64,000 nucleotides of DNA, taken from contig QPGO01000034.1 of the NCBI GenBank assembly GCA_008632985.1, positions 201,311 through 265,310 of the forward strand, given 5' to 3'. Under the pieces are notes generated by a model. That model worked only from the letters and a program-made list of their open reading frames with translations. It made no database searches and had not been told where the DNA came from. Shown one piece after another: positions 10,805 through 24,235 of the stretch (positions are counted from its first letter, which is position 1; the number at the start of each line of letters is the position of its first letter). The position numbers and the translations under genes were made by a program. Source of the DNA: Psammoneis japonica. Its lineage: Eukaryota.

Positions 10805-13800
10805 TGAGCAGCGATGTTGATGGCAAGGATGGTGTGTGCTCAGAAGGAGGGGCTTTGGGAGAGGTGGAGCTGGGTGCAAGTTCAATGCCAGCATCATCAG
10901 GCCTTTTAAGAAGGCAGTCCGAAAGGAGACTGGTGGGCTCAAGAAAGACATGGTGGCAGGATTGGCAAAGGCTGGAGAGAGGAGGGCAAGGACAGTTTGT
11001 GTGAGGACAGTGTGGATGGCATGTCCAGGATTTGATTGGATGGGGGGCCGACTGCATCCTCCTTCTCTGGCCCATCTGCCCACACTGCCAATCTTGCCTT
11101 TTTCATGGCTGCCTCTGCTGCCCTCCATCAAACTCCATCCACTCCACCCTTCTGCACTGCATTTTCTAAAAATGCACCCTCACAGGCCTTGCTTTGTGCC
11201 TTGTGCACTGCAAAATTCAGTGATCAACAAAAGAGCAGGTTGCAAAGATTGCTGTGGACAACAACTGCAAAACCACTTTTGAGTCAGCACTGCATGCTGT
11301 GAAGTGTTTGGTGGTTGCACAGATTTTGTGCTGGTGCACATGTGCAGATCACTTGACCTGCCAGCAAACAACAAGTTTTCCACAAGTTCATCTTGGCACC
11401 AGGCAAACATTGCGCAACAAGCATCTTTTTCCTTGAAGTCTTTGCAAGCTTCTTGGCACAAATTCACAGGCCACTTGAAAGTGTGAAATCCTTGAGATGC
11501 AGCCTTCTCACTTGTTGAAGATGATGTGCTGTCATGTCAGCGCATCTGTGCAAGTCATGCAGGTGCATCTTCCTTGGCCACAAACATCTGTGTGGCCAGG
11601 CTTGCTTGAAAACATTGGAAACAACATCAGCACCTCTCCAGCCATGAGCAGGGTCAATCATTGTTGCTGCTCAAAAAAAGAAGTGCAGCATTTTTTTCAC
11701 ATTTTGTTTGATGGCTTGCATGTCATCCCCTGTCAGATCTGCGTGCAAGGTTTCCCATGAAACAATCTCAGCCACCTGCTTCCTGGCAACTGTTTTCAGG
11801 TTGTCTTTTTTTTTCTTCTGACACAATCAGCGTGCACCACAGCTGATGTGCAGTGCCAGCCAAAGTGCTGGTCAACAGATGCTTCTGCTCATGCTCTCCA
11901 CCAGGACAATGGCCCAGCTCCTGAAAAGGGTGACACCAGAGCCAGCTGCCTGACCTGTTTCTGCAATGACTTTGACAAGACAACAATTTTGTCTTGTGAT
12001 TTCTTCTCCACAAAAAAAAAACTGTGTGCAAAGTGCTTGTTTGTGTGTGCAGGCTGTCTGCAATGGGTGCTCCTCATCCTTTCACTGTTGAGTTTAAATT
12101 TTCTTTAAGCCAGCACAGGGGCCATTTTGATTTTCTTGTTTGCCTCTGCTGCAAAAGCCTTGTGCAGCAGCAAAGAACAAATTTCTGGCACATTCATGAC
12201 CTGATTGGGTTGCAGTCAGCCTCCAAAGGTGAGCCAAGGTTGAGATGACTCAACACACAAGCAACTGGTCAAATTGCTTGGGTCTGCATTCTTTGCATGT
12301 CAAGCACCACAGTCCGTGCAACAGCTGGCACACCAGGTGCTTTGCGTGTGTGGTTTTTGTGGCCAGCAATGTGCAGGGTCATCTGTTGGTGGCCAAGGAG
12401 GGCACTCCTGAATTTTTTCATTGTTTCCCATGTCATCTCAAGCAATCACTCTGTTTCATCTGTCATCGCACAGCTCAGCTGAGTGCTGTCATTGAGATTT
12501 CTGTTGCAAAAGGCTGTGTTTGTCAACCATCTTGTGATGCCACTGCTCCAAAAATTGACACCTGGTTGCACCAGCATGCACTCTTTGAAAAGTTTGTCAG
12601 CAAAATCCCAACAAGCACACAAACAAACACAATCTCTTGCTTGGTGCTTCATGGCACAGCCAAATCTGACAAAACCTTGGCTTGTTGGTGCACCAACTTT
12701 GAGTTCTGCATCTTAAAGGCTCTTTTGAGAACCGCTGCATTGTCAAGCTTCTCAAAATGGTCTGAGAAAGCCCCCTTTGTTGAGCAAGAAAGTCATCTGT
12801 GTGCATGTGAACAGAAGACAAATCTTAAAATGGGCTGGACACTTTCTCTTGAAATGTGCCTCAGGTGCCACACAAGCCTGCCAGTGGGGGCAAACATTGC
12901 ATCTCATGATGCATTCTCCATGGAAAAATCAAACTGCAAAGCTTCTGCCAGGCATCACATTGAGCTGAACACAGCAGTGCTCCCCACATCCAAATCAAGA
13001 AAAGCAGCTCACTGAAAGACCTCAAGCTTTGCCCTTGGTGCGCCATGTCTGAAGAAGAAAGTCAACAAAGAAAAAGAAGTTTGGGTGCTGGGAATTTGAG
13101 TCTAAAAATCATGAGATTGTCTGGCCCCTTTGCAGCACTTTTCCACAACCTGCAGTCAACCATGGTGCCAAATGTGCTGTGCGTTCACAGCTCTCAGCAT
13201 TGTCAAGCAAACTGACATGACCGGGAAGAACTCTGTTGGTTTCTGCAGTGCTCCAACTGGATGCATTTTGATTGCACTGTGATCAGCTGCTTGCATTTTG
13301 TGGGCTCAATCAAATGCCAGTCACGCACATGACAGTGCGCACTCACACTCTGTCCAGACATCCATGCACCACCATGTGGAACAGACTCTGTTGTGCAATC
13401 ACCATGTTGCGCAGCTGCATCAGATCACCATCACAGTCAACAAAACACAAAATCCATTTTTAAGGCGCTGCTGTGCTTCTACTCTGCAACTCCGGCAACA
13501 AGCTGGCAGGTGATGCCGTGCCAAAGTAATTGGCAATTGTGCATGTTCCTTGCAACACCAAATGTTTTGCCTTGTGGATGCTGGATTTAAACATGGGTCG
13601 AACAACAGCCAACCAGTTTTGGAGCCTGTGAGTGGAGTGAGTGAGGTGCTCCTCTCAACAGAATTGAAAAGTTCTGCTCGGTCCTTGGCCAAGCAGTTGC
13701 CAGACCAAGAGTGAGTGTGTGGCCTTGACCTCTGCCTTGGTGTCCTGATGCTGCACTGATTTGCTGGTCTCAGAATTGCAACCATGGATGGCATCATTGT

Positions 13801-16800
13801 GTTGGTCCCATGATTCCCACCGCTGGTTCCATGTGTGGCTGCAGACAGTTGCAGCACAGTCAACTCCAGAGGTGTCACAATCTAGAGTTGCAACCATCTT
13901 CAAGTGATCAAGGTGCACATTGTTCCAAAAGAAGGAAAAGTGACCATTGAAAGGGTGTCATCACAGTCAACATCCAGCATGTGCTCAGAGCTGCACTCAT
14001 CATTTTGCAGGGTTGAGGAGCAGGACACAACTCAGCTCTGTTCTTGAGCCAAGTGTGGCAAGATGGTCTCCCTCTTCCAACACTCGCCTGAGGTGCCGCC
14101 ATCAAACAATGGTCTGTGCTTCATTTTTAGGGCAGCAAAAAGTTTTTTTGCTTTTGAAGATTACCCTGGCTTTTGGTGTTTTCAGCAACTTGAGGCAAAT
14201 CTACCACAGGTTGCATTTCACCATGACAGGAGGAATGGCCAACATTTTCTGAAGCACATTTCCAAATTTTTTGTTTTCTGGCAGCACTTGCACTCTCACA
14301 GGCAGTTCACCACACTGACCTTTGGCTGTCCAATGACTTGTTTGGAAAAGACAACACCATTTTGTTGAGATAGATTTCAATGTGTCTTGTCAGACAATCA
14401 TGTCACAGTTGATGAGCTTGCCCTTGTGTGAACAGGCTGATTTGTTTCAACACACTGCAGCTTCAGACACATTCTGATGACAACCTCATTTCAGTGTTGC
14501 ATTTTTTTAAGCCAGCAACTGCACTCTGTCCAGTGTGACTCTGTAGAATGTTTTTGCCAAAGCTCTTTGCAATGCTGGTTATCCATCAATGTGCAACAAG
14601 TGCTGTCACCTGGTGGAGCTCTCAAAATTTTTGTTTTGCCCTTGCCATGTGGGGTTGGCATTCAAGGCTGCAAACAAAACAGCCATGGCATGTTTCTGCA
14701 GCAGCTTGTGCACCTGGTTGATGCTCACCTTTCTGTTTTTCTTTTTTCTTAGAACCCTGGAAGAGAGCAGGCAGAAGAACAACTCTCTTTGTCAGCATGG
14801 TCACAGCTGCTGGCAATGCAGTGCACACGACATTGCCAAAATTTGTTGTTGACTTTGGTGGACATCTCTGCACACTTGCACATGCAATGGCGTTGATGTG
14901 CCTTGTGCACTGTGCTTTGTTGACAAACAAAAAAGCAGGTCACAAAGATCGCTGTTGGCAATCATTGTTGTGGTCATCAGACTGTTCTGAGTTGGCACGT
15001 TCTGCTGTGAAAGATTTGGTCACAGCAAGGGATCAACCTCACACATGTGCTTGTCTGAGTTTGTTCCAGGCTCATTTTGGTGCTTGGTGTGTGCTGTGCA
15101 GCACACATGTCTTTGTGTGTGAAGTCATTGCATGCATGTGGCATGGCTTCAAAGGGTGGCCAAGACTTCAATCCTTGCAGTGCAGCTTTGTTCACAGATG
15201 ACACAAAGCCATGCCAGTGCATGCATCTGGCTGCTCAGTGGCCTGTGGAGTGCAAGCCATGCAGGGCACAACACATGCACCACATTTGTGTTGTGCACTT
15301 GGTGCTTTCCGGCTGACTTCTGTTGAGGACTCCTGGCCATTTGTGTCCCTCTGACCGCCCCTCTCCAGCTGCAGCTGACAAAAAAATTCTGTGGATGGAA
15401 ATTTGCCACTTGGCTTTACAGATTTTGTGACATGCCTCAATGTTGTGCATCAACATGACAAATGTTTTGTTCAAATTGTGCAGTGCAGGGGCAACTGGTT
15501 GTTCCTGAGGGGCCCCATTTTGATTGCTGCTGTTTGCCACATCAAGAGCAGGCAAATCTTGCCAATGAGTGTCAACTTTTAACTCCTCTGCACTCACTGG
15601 GCTTGGCAGAGGATGACTCAACACAAGCAACCAGCTAGATGGAACACAGACAACACAACATGTTCCATGCCTGACACTTCCCAACCCAAACAAGAACCAG
15701 ACACAATGGCGGCACTGTTTTCAAAACACTCTGTCACAACGACAGGTCAGAGCAAACAGAAGATCACCAACATCTTGCAAGTGACCACTGCACAGCCAAG
15801 GTCACCTGTGCCATCTGTCCAGGCCTTCAACAGCCCCCCCAGGTTGATCCAGCAAAAGCAGCACCCCCCTTTGTCCAGCCAAATGAGCTCAGTTCTTGGG
15901 GCTGTGCCCTGCCTTGAGCACATCCTCATTTGAGAGCCCCTCTGCATTTGCTGCTGGTGCAGGAGCATCAGGGGAACAATCAACTTCCCAAGCTTTTGCA
16001 TCAAGAGAAGTCCTGAGGACCAGCAGCAGTTCAATCCATCACTGGCAATTGGCCCAGCTTTGGGGGATTCACCATGCACAGAAACCTTGCAGTAAAAAGA
16101 ACAGGAAGGTGACTGGAGAGAAAAAACCAACAATCAGATGATGTCAAATTGAGACCACCAACCCTGTTTTGATCACATTGAGGGGTCCTCAGAAGTGCCA
16201 CCCACCGCCAAATGCATCTGATGTTCAGAGCAATTTTTGGCAAGATGTCAGAGTGTCTCACAAAAAGTCACACAAATGTCTCACACTCAGCACACACAAA
16301 ATGAAGTTGCACATCTGATGTCACTTGGAGCAAAACAGCAGCTGCTCACAGCAATTTGCTCAAATTTTGGTGGTGAAAGAAGGGTTGACACTGAAACAAT
16401 CAAACAACACTTTGCACCTTGCTGCACCAGCATCACCCAAGCACTTTTGTTGCTCTCCCTCTTTCCTCACTCTGTGAAACAAGGCAAGAGCATCTTGAGG
16501 GAGAGGGGCACCACACACCAGGGTTGTCAAACCAGCCACACAAGCAGATTGCCAATGCATGAAAGTCACGAACAATGTGCCAGACAAGCAGCACATTTTG
16601 CTGACACAGTGCTTCACAAAGTGAGCACAACAGGGTCAGCAGTGTTTGCAGCATGTCTTGCTGCAGCACACATTTTTGTCAGAGGGGGCACTGCTTTTTG
16701 CTTGTGGTGGCATGGCATTGCATGTGTCTCCTGCAAGATGGCACTGTGAGGCCAATGGCAAAGTGCTTTCTGTGCAAGGCATGGCACAGTGCTGCACATC

Positions 16801-19560
16801 ACATGATGTGTGCTTCCACCACCTCCCAAGAGACAAAGGAGAGGGGCCGCAAACCATGCATTCTCTGCTCAAAAAGTGCGCTGCCCCCAAGCAACATTTT
16901 GCTGATGCACAGCAGATTGCTGCCAGTGCTGCTGTCACAAATGTTTGCAAATGTGCCACCTGTCATGTGCTGTCAGGAAGAGCACTGCTGCTGCTCACAT
17001 GTGCAGACAAATGAGCCCCATGTGGCAAAAAGCTGCACCCAGGGAAGTGCTTGCACACCACGGCAGGAGCACCAGCTGCTTGATGCTCAGCAGCAACAAG
17101 TGGCCTGCATGCTTTTCTTCAACAAGCTTTTGCCTTGTGCACACAAACTTGAAGTGTGAGCAGCAGACAGCAGAGCAAAGTCTTGTGTGTTGAAAGAGCT
17201 GAAGGCTCTTGTGTGGGGCTTGTGGTCAGCTGCTGGCAGTGCTTGGGGTGCTTTGTTTTTTGGCAAGTGGGCAGCACATCGCCAACTTGCCCAGGGCAAT
17301 TGTTTGCATGTGGGCTGCCATGCACTGCTCAGCACTCAGCATTGTGGGAACAAGGCGGCTCCCCTGCAACAGTGTGCAGATTGTCATTTTGCTGGCAGCA
17401 GCTGCTGCTCACTGCCCCCACGTGCATGTTTCTTAAAGGAGGGAGTGTCTGACCTTCATCAAGGGTCAACTCCTCAAACGGAAAATTCTTTGGGCCAGTT
17501 GGTGACCGTTTGAATTTAGCGGTGAGTGAAGCAAGCCTCAGTGCACAAAAGTGACCCAGATGTTAAATCTTGAGTTTGTTGAAAGCACCGCGACATCACA
17601 TTGTTGCGACGGTTGTTGTCAATCAACCACGGCACCTTTGGCGCAAGTCACAGAACACAACATCAACATCACTCCTGTTTCTTTTTTCATTCTCAACAAT
17701 GTTTCCACAATCTGTCCAACAAGCTTGGCCACATTTTGTGTCAACGAGAGTGTTGTGGATTTGTGGTTTTGTCAAAGTGTGCCAAAAAACCGATTGTGCG
17801 ATTCGAGACAGGTCAGTGCTGTTTTGATTGTCAGCGGTGCTTTCACCACTTTTCTCACTTCTTTTTTGTTTTTCATCAATGTTTTTTGCAGAAAATTCAA
17901 AGACATGGAACATTTTTGTGGCAATCTACAATCTGCTGCACCACTTTTGGGAAGAGCAGCATTGCTGGAGGCACATGTGATTGGTGTGTTGGGGACAAGG
18001 CATCATGTGATGGCAACACTCTGTGGTGGAAATGCAGGTGGCACTTGTGACAGAAAGGCAAACAGCTGTGGGAGGAAGTGAAACATGAGAAGATGGGGTG
18101 GAATCATTGCAAGCAGGGACATCCTGCTGGCCGCAACAGTGGCATGGCATTGACTGGTTCCTTGGCAGCACGTGCAGGCAAGCTTCCTCCAGCCACACTT
18201 TGTCAGCAACTCCTGGTGAGTGGGAGAGAGGGAGTGCACTCTCGTTGGTCATTCTCGTCCTCTCTGGCCTCTCGACTCCACTGCCTTTTTGCCGGCAATG
18301 CTCTGCGGATGTGGCAGCTGGAGAGCAGATTGATGAGAAAATGCACAGGGCCCCACCTTGTTGTGACAAATTGACCTGCAAGCTTGCTCTAATCTGATGG
18401 AACTTGATGACCGATGCGTTGCCTTGGTGGTGTGCCCTGCTGCCACATCAAGATTTGTTTTCATCATCAACAATGAAAAACAGAAGAAAGCTGCTTGGTC
18501 GAACTGTCCACTTTTTGAAGAGACTGCTGCAGACTGTGCCTGGAACACACTCACCCACCTGTTTTCTGCATTTGCCATGGCTGAGGCGCACCAGAAACAA
18601 CTCAACTCACTTGCAGCATCAGCTCAAATCACATTTCTCCATTCAAAATTCTGCTTCATGGGCCAAAGCACAGGATTTTTTTCATGGAATGACAACCATG
18701 TCAGCAAAAGCAAATTGACAACACCGTGGCTGACAACCCGCATTGTTTTGCATCTTAAAGCAAAAACTGAGATTGCTGGCACTTGCACCTTCCCTGCTCT
18801 CATCACAAGCACCATGCGCCAAATGACTTGAGTTTCATGTGGCCGCATGGAGCCAAACAGATCTCGCCATCAACCAATCTGGAGAGCAACAACAACCCAG
18901 CAGAGACATCACTGCAATCGGCGTTGCTCGCTGACACAGCGAGCGTCTGGTGGAGCTGAGCAACACTTGTGGTGCAAAAGCCAGAATTGTTTGTGATGCG
19001 AAAGCTGGGGTGCAGCGTGGTTTCAAACAGGGCTTTCTCTTTGACAGCCCCCCCCCCCCTTGCTCACCTCGAAAGAAACTCTTTCCACTTCCCATGAGGA
19101 GCCACAGCAGTGCGAGGCCATCTCCAGCACCTTTCCTGGTGCCGCCGTTGCTGCCATGTTTGCTGGCCATGGCGAAGAGTGTGGCCGCAATCGGCACTGT
19201 CTGACAGCAATCGGCGCTGTCTGACAATGTGCTGTGTTTCGTTGGCCTTTTCTTTTTTAAAAATTTGGATGTGATGGACATGTCTCGCACAAATGCAGCA
19301 ATGCTGCTTTTCTGCAAATTGGCCACATCCACAAAAGAGAAGCAATTTGTTGTTGCGATTTTCCAGAGGTCCAGAAAACCAGCAGCATCGGAATGTCTGC
19401 AGGTCAACCCGAGGTTGCCCCAAGTGATGTCCGTTGAGAAGGGTTGTGCGAACACAAACCACCAACTGGCACGAAAAGCTTGCCCCTCAAACAGTGTGTC
19501 CTCCTGAAACCGTTCCGGCATTGAAGACATTTGTCGAGAACCTGCTTGATGCCTTGCCAA
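10805..19560. other. TpA/CpG-depleted decayed sequence of unidentified (probably repeat/TE) origin
   Basis: Same TG/CA-rich composition as the adjacent Copia; no protein motif I can recognise with confidence. Confidence 0.55.
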
Positions 19561-19777
19561 CGGTCGTACATAGAATTGGCAGACAACACACGAATGCACA
19601 TTGACTTGCGCACGCACGCACCGGCCGTGCCGGCCGTGCCCACTGACGATGATGAAGATTGGTCATTGTACACTGATGACCGGGTCACGCACACGGGCAT
19701 TATGACACTTGCATCCTCAGAGTTTTCCACTCGGCTCACAATTGTGAGCCAAAGCACAAGTAAAGCCGATAACGACA

Positions 19778-20635
19778 ATGAAATCCGAATTACAAACGTC
19801 GGTGAAGGACGTTGCTATCAAGCAACCGGTGAAGAAAGCGAAGAAAACGGTAAGACGCCGCTGGCGTAAACAACCGGATAAACCAAAACGCCCTTTATCT
19901 GCTTATAACTTTTTCTTTCACATGGAGCGTGAAAAAATTGTGCTAGAAGCAACTGGTGTTTCTGAAACACAGGGGGTGCCTCCTGAAGCTCTTGCAGCCG
20001 TTCTCAAGGAGAGAAGCCGTCGCCCTCATCGCAAGTCTCACGGGAAGATAGGATTCATTTCCCTTGCGCGCACAGTTGCTGCCAAGTGGAAAACTCTCGA
20101 GCCTGAGAAGAAAGCTCCGTTCGAGGAACAAGCCAGGAAAGAGAAAGAACGGTACCGCAAAGAGATCGCAGAGTGGAAAAAGGTTCAAGAAGCTCGCAAG
20201 AAGGAGGAGGCCAAGTCCAACGTTCCGGTTACACCGCCGGAGATCAAGCCCGACACGAAGAAACAAGTTGAACTACACTCCCTCGGAAAGATGAACAGTC
20301 AGACCACCTTGGATGACCTGTATCACCACCGAAGCATTTCTGGCGAGTCGACCCCCGAGATGAGTGAGGAGCCTACCATTCAGGCATCTGCCTGGTCTAA
20401 CCAGGTCGGCCTCAACTTGTATGAGGGATACAATGACATCCTTCTTGGTAAGAACTTCGCAAAGGACGAACATTTGCGATCAAGAGCTGCTCCAGCAATC
20501 ATGAGCTGTGTAGAGGACTTGGCTTCGGAGCTTGATGAAGACTGCTTCGACCTTCTATCCGCATTTCGAACCAGGCAGGTAGTTCAAACAGTTCCTGAGA
20601 CTAGCTACTTTCCTTCGGGAATGATGTTGTGGTGA
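19778..20635 (+). CDS. HMG-box DNA-binding protein
   Basis: DKPKRPLSAYNFFF..ER, RPHRKSHGKIGFISLARTVAAKWKTL..KAPFEEQARKEKERY. Confidence 0.92.
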   Translation: MKSELQTSVKDVAIKQPVKKAKKTVRRRWRKQPDKPKRPLSAYNFFFHMEREKIVLEATGVSETQGVPPEALAAVLKERSRRPHRKSHGKIGFISLARTVAAKWKTLEPEKKAPFEEQARKEKERYRKEIAEWKKVQEARKKEEAKSNVPVTPPEIKPDTKKQVELHSLGKMNSQTTLDDLYHHRSISGESTPEMSEEPTIQASAWSNQVGLNLYEGYNDILLGKNFAKDEHLRSRAAPAIMSCVEDLASELDEDCFDLLSAFRTRQVVQTVPETSYFPSGMMLW

Positions 20636-21239
20636 AGATCAGTAAGAGGGCACGGGGTCTGTTGTCACAAGCATTGTTCAAGTATTTTGGCATAACAATT
20701 TGTAACAGTTAAAACTTTTGAATCTAAAGAATAAGAATAGCGCTTTTCTGACATTGTTTGGGGGATTGTTCGACCGGTTTCGTCGTAACGCTGTCTCACT
20801 GGATTCGCATGGCATGGGAGAGTGCTCAAGATGATAATTCAAGATGTTTGAGGGAGGCCAATTTCGCTGTGGAAATGACCCGTTGCGGACATTTCTGTTT
20901 CTTTTGATATATCTAAGCCCTTTCGAACAAATCGACTTTGTCAACGCTTGTGAATATCATCTTTCTACGAGGGTGATTGTCCGTCAGAGGTCATTCTGTG
21001 GGGCGTTAGTAAAGCTGAAGTCTTATTGTACAACTTTGTATCATACCGGTATGCTTTGTACACTACTTCGTAATTGTATGTACTACTGTACCGTAACCGG
21101 TACAAGGACGTACAGTATTTATTATTTATTTGCCGGTGCTGAATAAATGAAATAAAAAGGAATGGAATAAGGAATTCTTTTCCGATCAAGACGAGAGCTG
21201 CAACACAGAAAAGCATGTCGGCGGGGTCGTGTCGTCGTC

Positions 21240-21290
21240 AAGCTACCGGTAGATAGGGCCCTACTCTAGCCACTAGAGCTGCTAGAGATG
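21240..21290. promoter_or_regulatory. CTA/TAG-rich island with AGGGCCCTAC upstream of the PP2A-A gene
   Basis: Recurrent composition and motif in several 5' intergenic regions of this window. Confidence 0.45.
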
Positions 21291-21447
21291 CTTCCTCAGC
21301 TGAAGGGTGAAGGGCCAAGCGAAAGAGCGATCGAGAGGGCGCTGCAGAAGACACACTCGTTCACATCAGGATCTGGTTTGGCGAGGTCTTTGTGCGAAGT
21401 ATAGCAGTGCTGTGCAATTATTCATTAGTGAATCGTAGATCGTAGCA

Positions 21448-24054
21448 ATGCAAGAAAGTATGGATATATCGGACGAAGCCCCGGCCACGGACGAAACCAA
21501 GACGCTTGCAATGACAGATGCAGACCAGGCGTCGGGAACAGACGAAGAGGAGGCACGACAGGCGATTGGCATGCTTCGCGGAGATGATGTATCTGCAAGA
21601 GTGGCAGCGGCGAGTCGCCTTGATGCTGTAGCCGCTGCGTTGGGCGAAGAACGAACACGAGAGGTACGAGTTCTGATGTGTCGAGAGTACTTTTTTCAAT
21701 AATGATGTGACGTGGCTGTAGTCCCATGCTGAACGCTTTGCTTTTACTTCTTTGTGTGTTTCAGGAGTTGCTGCCGTTCTTGGCTGATGGTGTGGATGAT
21801 GAAGACGAAGTACTTGTAGCAATCGCATCCTCCCTCGGCAAGCTGGTTGATCACGTGGGTGGGCCCGAACATGCAGAGGCGTTGTTGCCCCCTTTGGAAA
21901 TTCTATTAACTGTTGGTAAGTGCAATGGTATCGGGTTAAACCAGCTTCTTAGAATTGAAATTAACGCTGCTCGTTGCTCTGCACATATGCCGTTATTGCG
22001 TAGAGGAAAGCACTGTTCGGGAAGCGGCGTCTGAGAGTGCGCAAGTAGTGGCGAAAGCGCTTCCGGACGATGTGTTTCAGGGACAGTACGCAGACATGAT
22101 TTCAAGACTAGCCGCTAAGGAGTGGTTCACAGCTCGAATCTCAGCAGCTGGGCTTATAGCTTCGTCTTATTCACGATTTACTCCCGCTCAACGGGAGGAA
22201 AGTCTTCGCCACTTTGCAACCCTATGTAGAGATGATACGCCAATGGTAAGGAGAGTTGCTTCTCAAAACTTGGGGCTTATGTTGCAGACAGGTGTACAAG
22301 TACATGGTCGAACCGCTTTGGAAGAGGACGGCATTGTTTCGAAGGTACTTGTTCAATTGTATGAAGAGTTGGCGTTTAATGAACAACCGGTAAGCATTCG
22401 CAAGGAAGCTACACTTCTCATGCATGGATCAAAGTTACTTTTCCTCATCACATGTTACTTCAACATGAACGCCTACAATAGGATTCGGTGAGGCTGCAGA
22501 CAACTGAAAATTGCGTTGCTTTTGGAACAGTCATGACGAACTTAGCGAAGAAAAAACCGCTATCTGAGCATGAGATTTCCTTGATTAAAAAAATGCTTCC
22601 TCTAATTGTCTCAACAATCGATGATCGATCGTGGCGTGTACGTTGGACCGCTGCATCAAAGTTTGCCGATGTTATATATGCATACGCAGATTTACCAGGG
22701 GCAATGGACTCGCTAGTTCCGGCCTATGAAAAGCTATTGCAAGATCCTGAGGCCGAGGTAAGAAGCGAACAAACATCTGGTGCTTTGTCACGATCTGCAC
22801 GCACCCGCTCATGCTAAATCCTGTAAACGTTTGCTCGGAAAAGGTGCGAACTGCAGCGACTCTGAATCTTGCCGAAGTGGCCAAATGCAAAGCGATGGTG
22901 CATCAACCGTCTGCAAACCGAACTCATGATGGTGCCGAGACAGAAGTGGACAACGGAGGACCTCGCATAGCAGTGGCAGAACGTTTAGTGAAGCGGGTCA
23001 CGAGCTTAACAGAGGATGACAGTGAGCACGTCAGGGCTGCATTAGCCATGGTTGCGACGGAGTTAGCACCCATATTGGGAAAAGACTCTACGATTTCTCA
23101 CCTCGTCCCTCCGGTGCTCCTTTTGCTGAGAGACGCTGCGTCCGAAGTCAGGTTGAATCTTATTTCATCGCTTTCGGCCTTGAATGAAGTAATTGGAGTG
23201 GATTTATTATCACAATCATTACTTCCGGCAATTCTAGACTTGGCACAGGACGGGAAATGGCGGTAAGTGTTCGACTCTGAAAGACTGCCATAACAGATGT
23301 TGCAGTTTCAATCGCATTCGTCTTGGCTCACGCCCACGGGATCGCTGTGCGCAGAATTCGACTTGCTATCATTCAACATATACCGCTTCTGGCGAAACAA
23401 CTAGGTGAAAGATTTTTTAGTGAAAAACTCTCTTCGCTTTGCGTGGGATGGCTCGGTGATGACATTTCAACCGTCCGCCAGGCAGCTGCCACTAGTTTGA
23501 AGGTGAGTGCTTCCTTTGGAGTTCCTGTTGCCGGGAACAGCTAGAACTCACGCCGTTTTTGTTTTGTTTTCGAAGGAACTGACAGCACTTTTTGGGACGG
23601 AATGGGCGACAGACTATCTTGTACCATCAATAGAGGAAATTCGGCACCACAAGTCGTACCTACGCAGGCTCACGGCCGTTCAAGCCTGTTCTTTGATGGC
23701 AACTGCAATGAAAGCTGAAGCAACAAGTACAGAACTGCTTCCAATAGTGCTTGAGATGGCAACCGATATTGTGCGTGGTACATTCCAACTGCGTCTTCAG
23801 ACTTGTTCTGGTCTTTTCTCTTATCTCACTCGCTTTGTTACAACTGTGTGGGTATAAATTAGGTGCCAAATATTCGCTTTAATGTTGCTAAGGGACTCCA
23901 AACATTGGCGCCAGTGTGCGGAAAAGTTGTCTATGAAGCACAGATACGCCCTGTTCTGGCGGTGCTTTTGGAGGACCCCGACAGGGATGTGCGTTATTTT
24001 GCGGCAAAGACATCCGAGGCAATGATTGCTGAGTTTGGAAGTAGCAACAAATAG
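21448..24054 (+). CDS. PPP2R1A: Protein phosphatase 2A scaffold subunit A (HEAT repeats), multi-exon
   Basis: [85 protein letters not shown] across successive GT-AG-separated exons. Confidence 0.95.
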
Positions 24055-24235
24055 ATTTGCAAATGGTTGCTAAACGGAACCCACACGTTGAATAGAACGA
24101 ATTAAAGCACAAAGCTGTAAACGATGATCCCATTTTATCCATTCCTGAAGAAATTCTTCATTCGACAGCGACAAGCAGCACAACCAAGTCCCCAAACATG
24201 CAAAAATCCCCACCGCTGAGTACTCTAGTGGCGCG

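Noticed and set aside
3000..10809. Target-site duplication of the Copia element
   Set aside because: Flanks ATGGC and TGAGC do not match convincingly.
2520..19560. Classical fungal RIP or CpG deamination alone
   Set aside because: Both produce only C->T; RIP raises TpA, the opposite of what is seen.
3039..19617. Dense overlapping Cys/His/Gln-rich ORFs in all six frames (also 41-54 kb)
   Set aside because: By-product of TA loss (fewer TAA/TAG stops) and TG/CA excess; not genes or metal-binding proteins.
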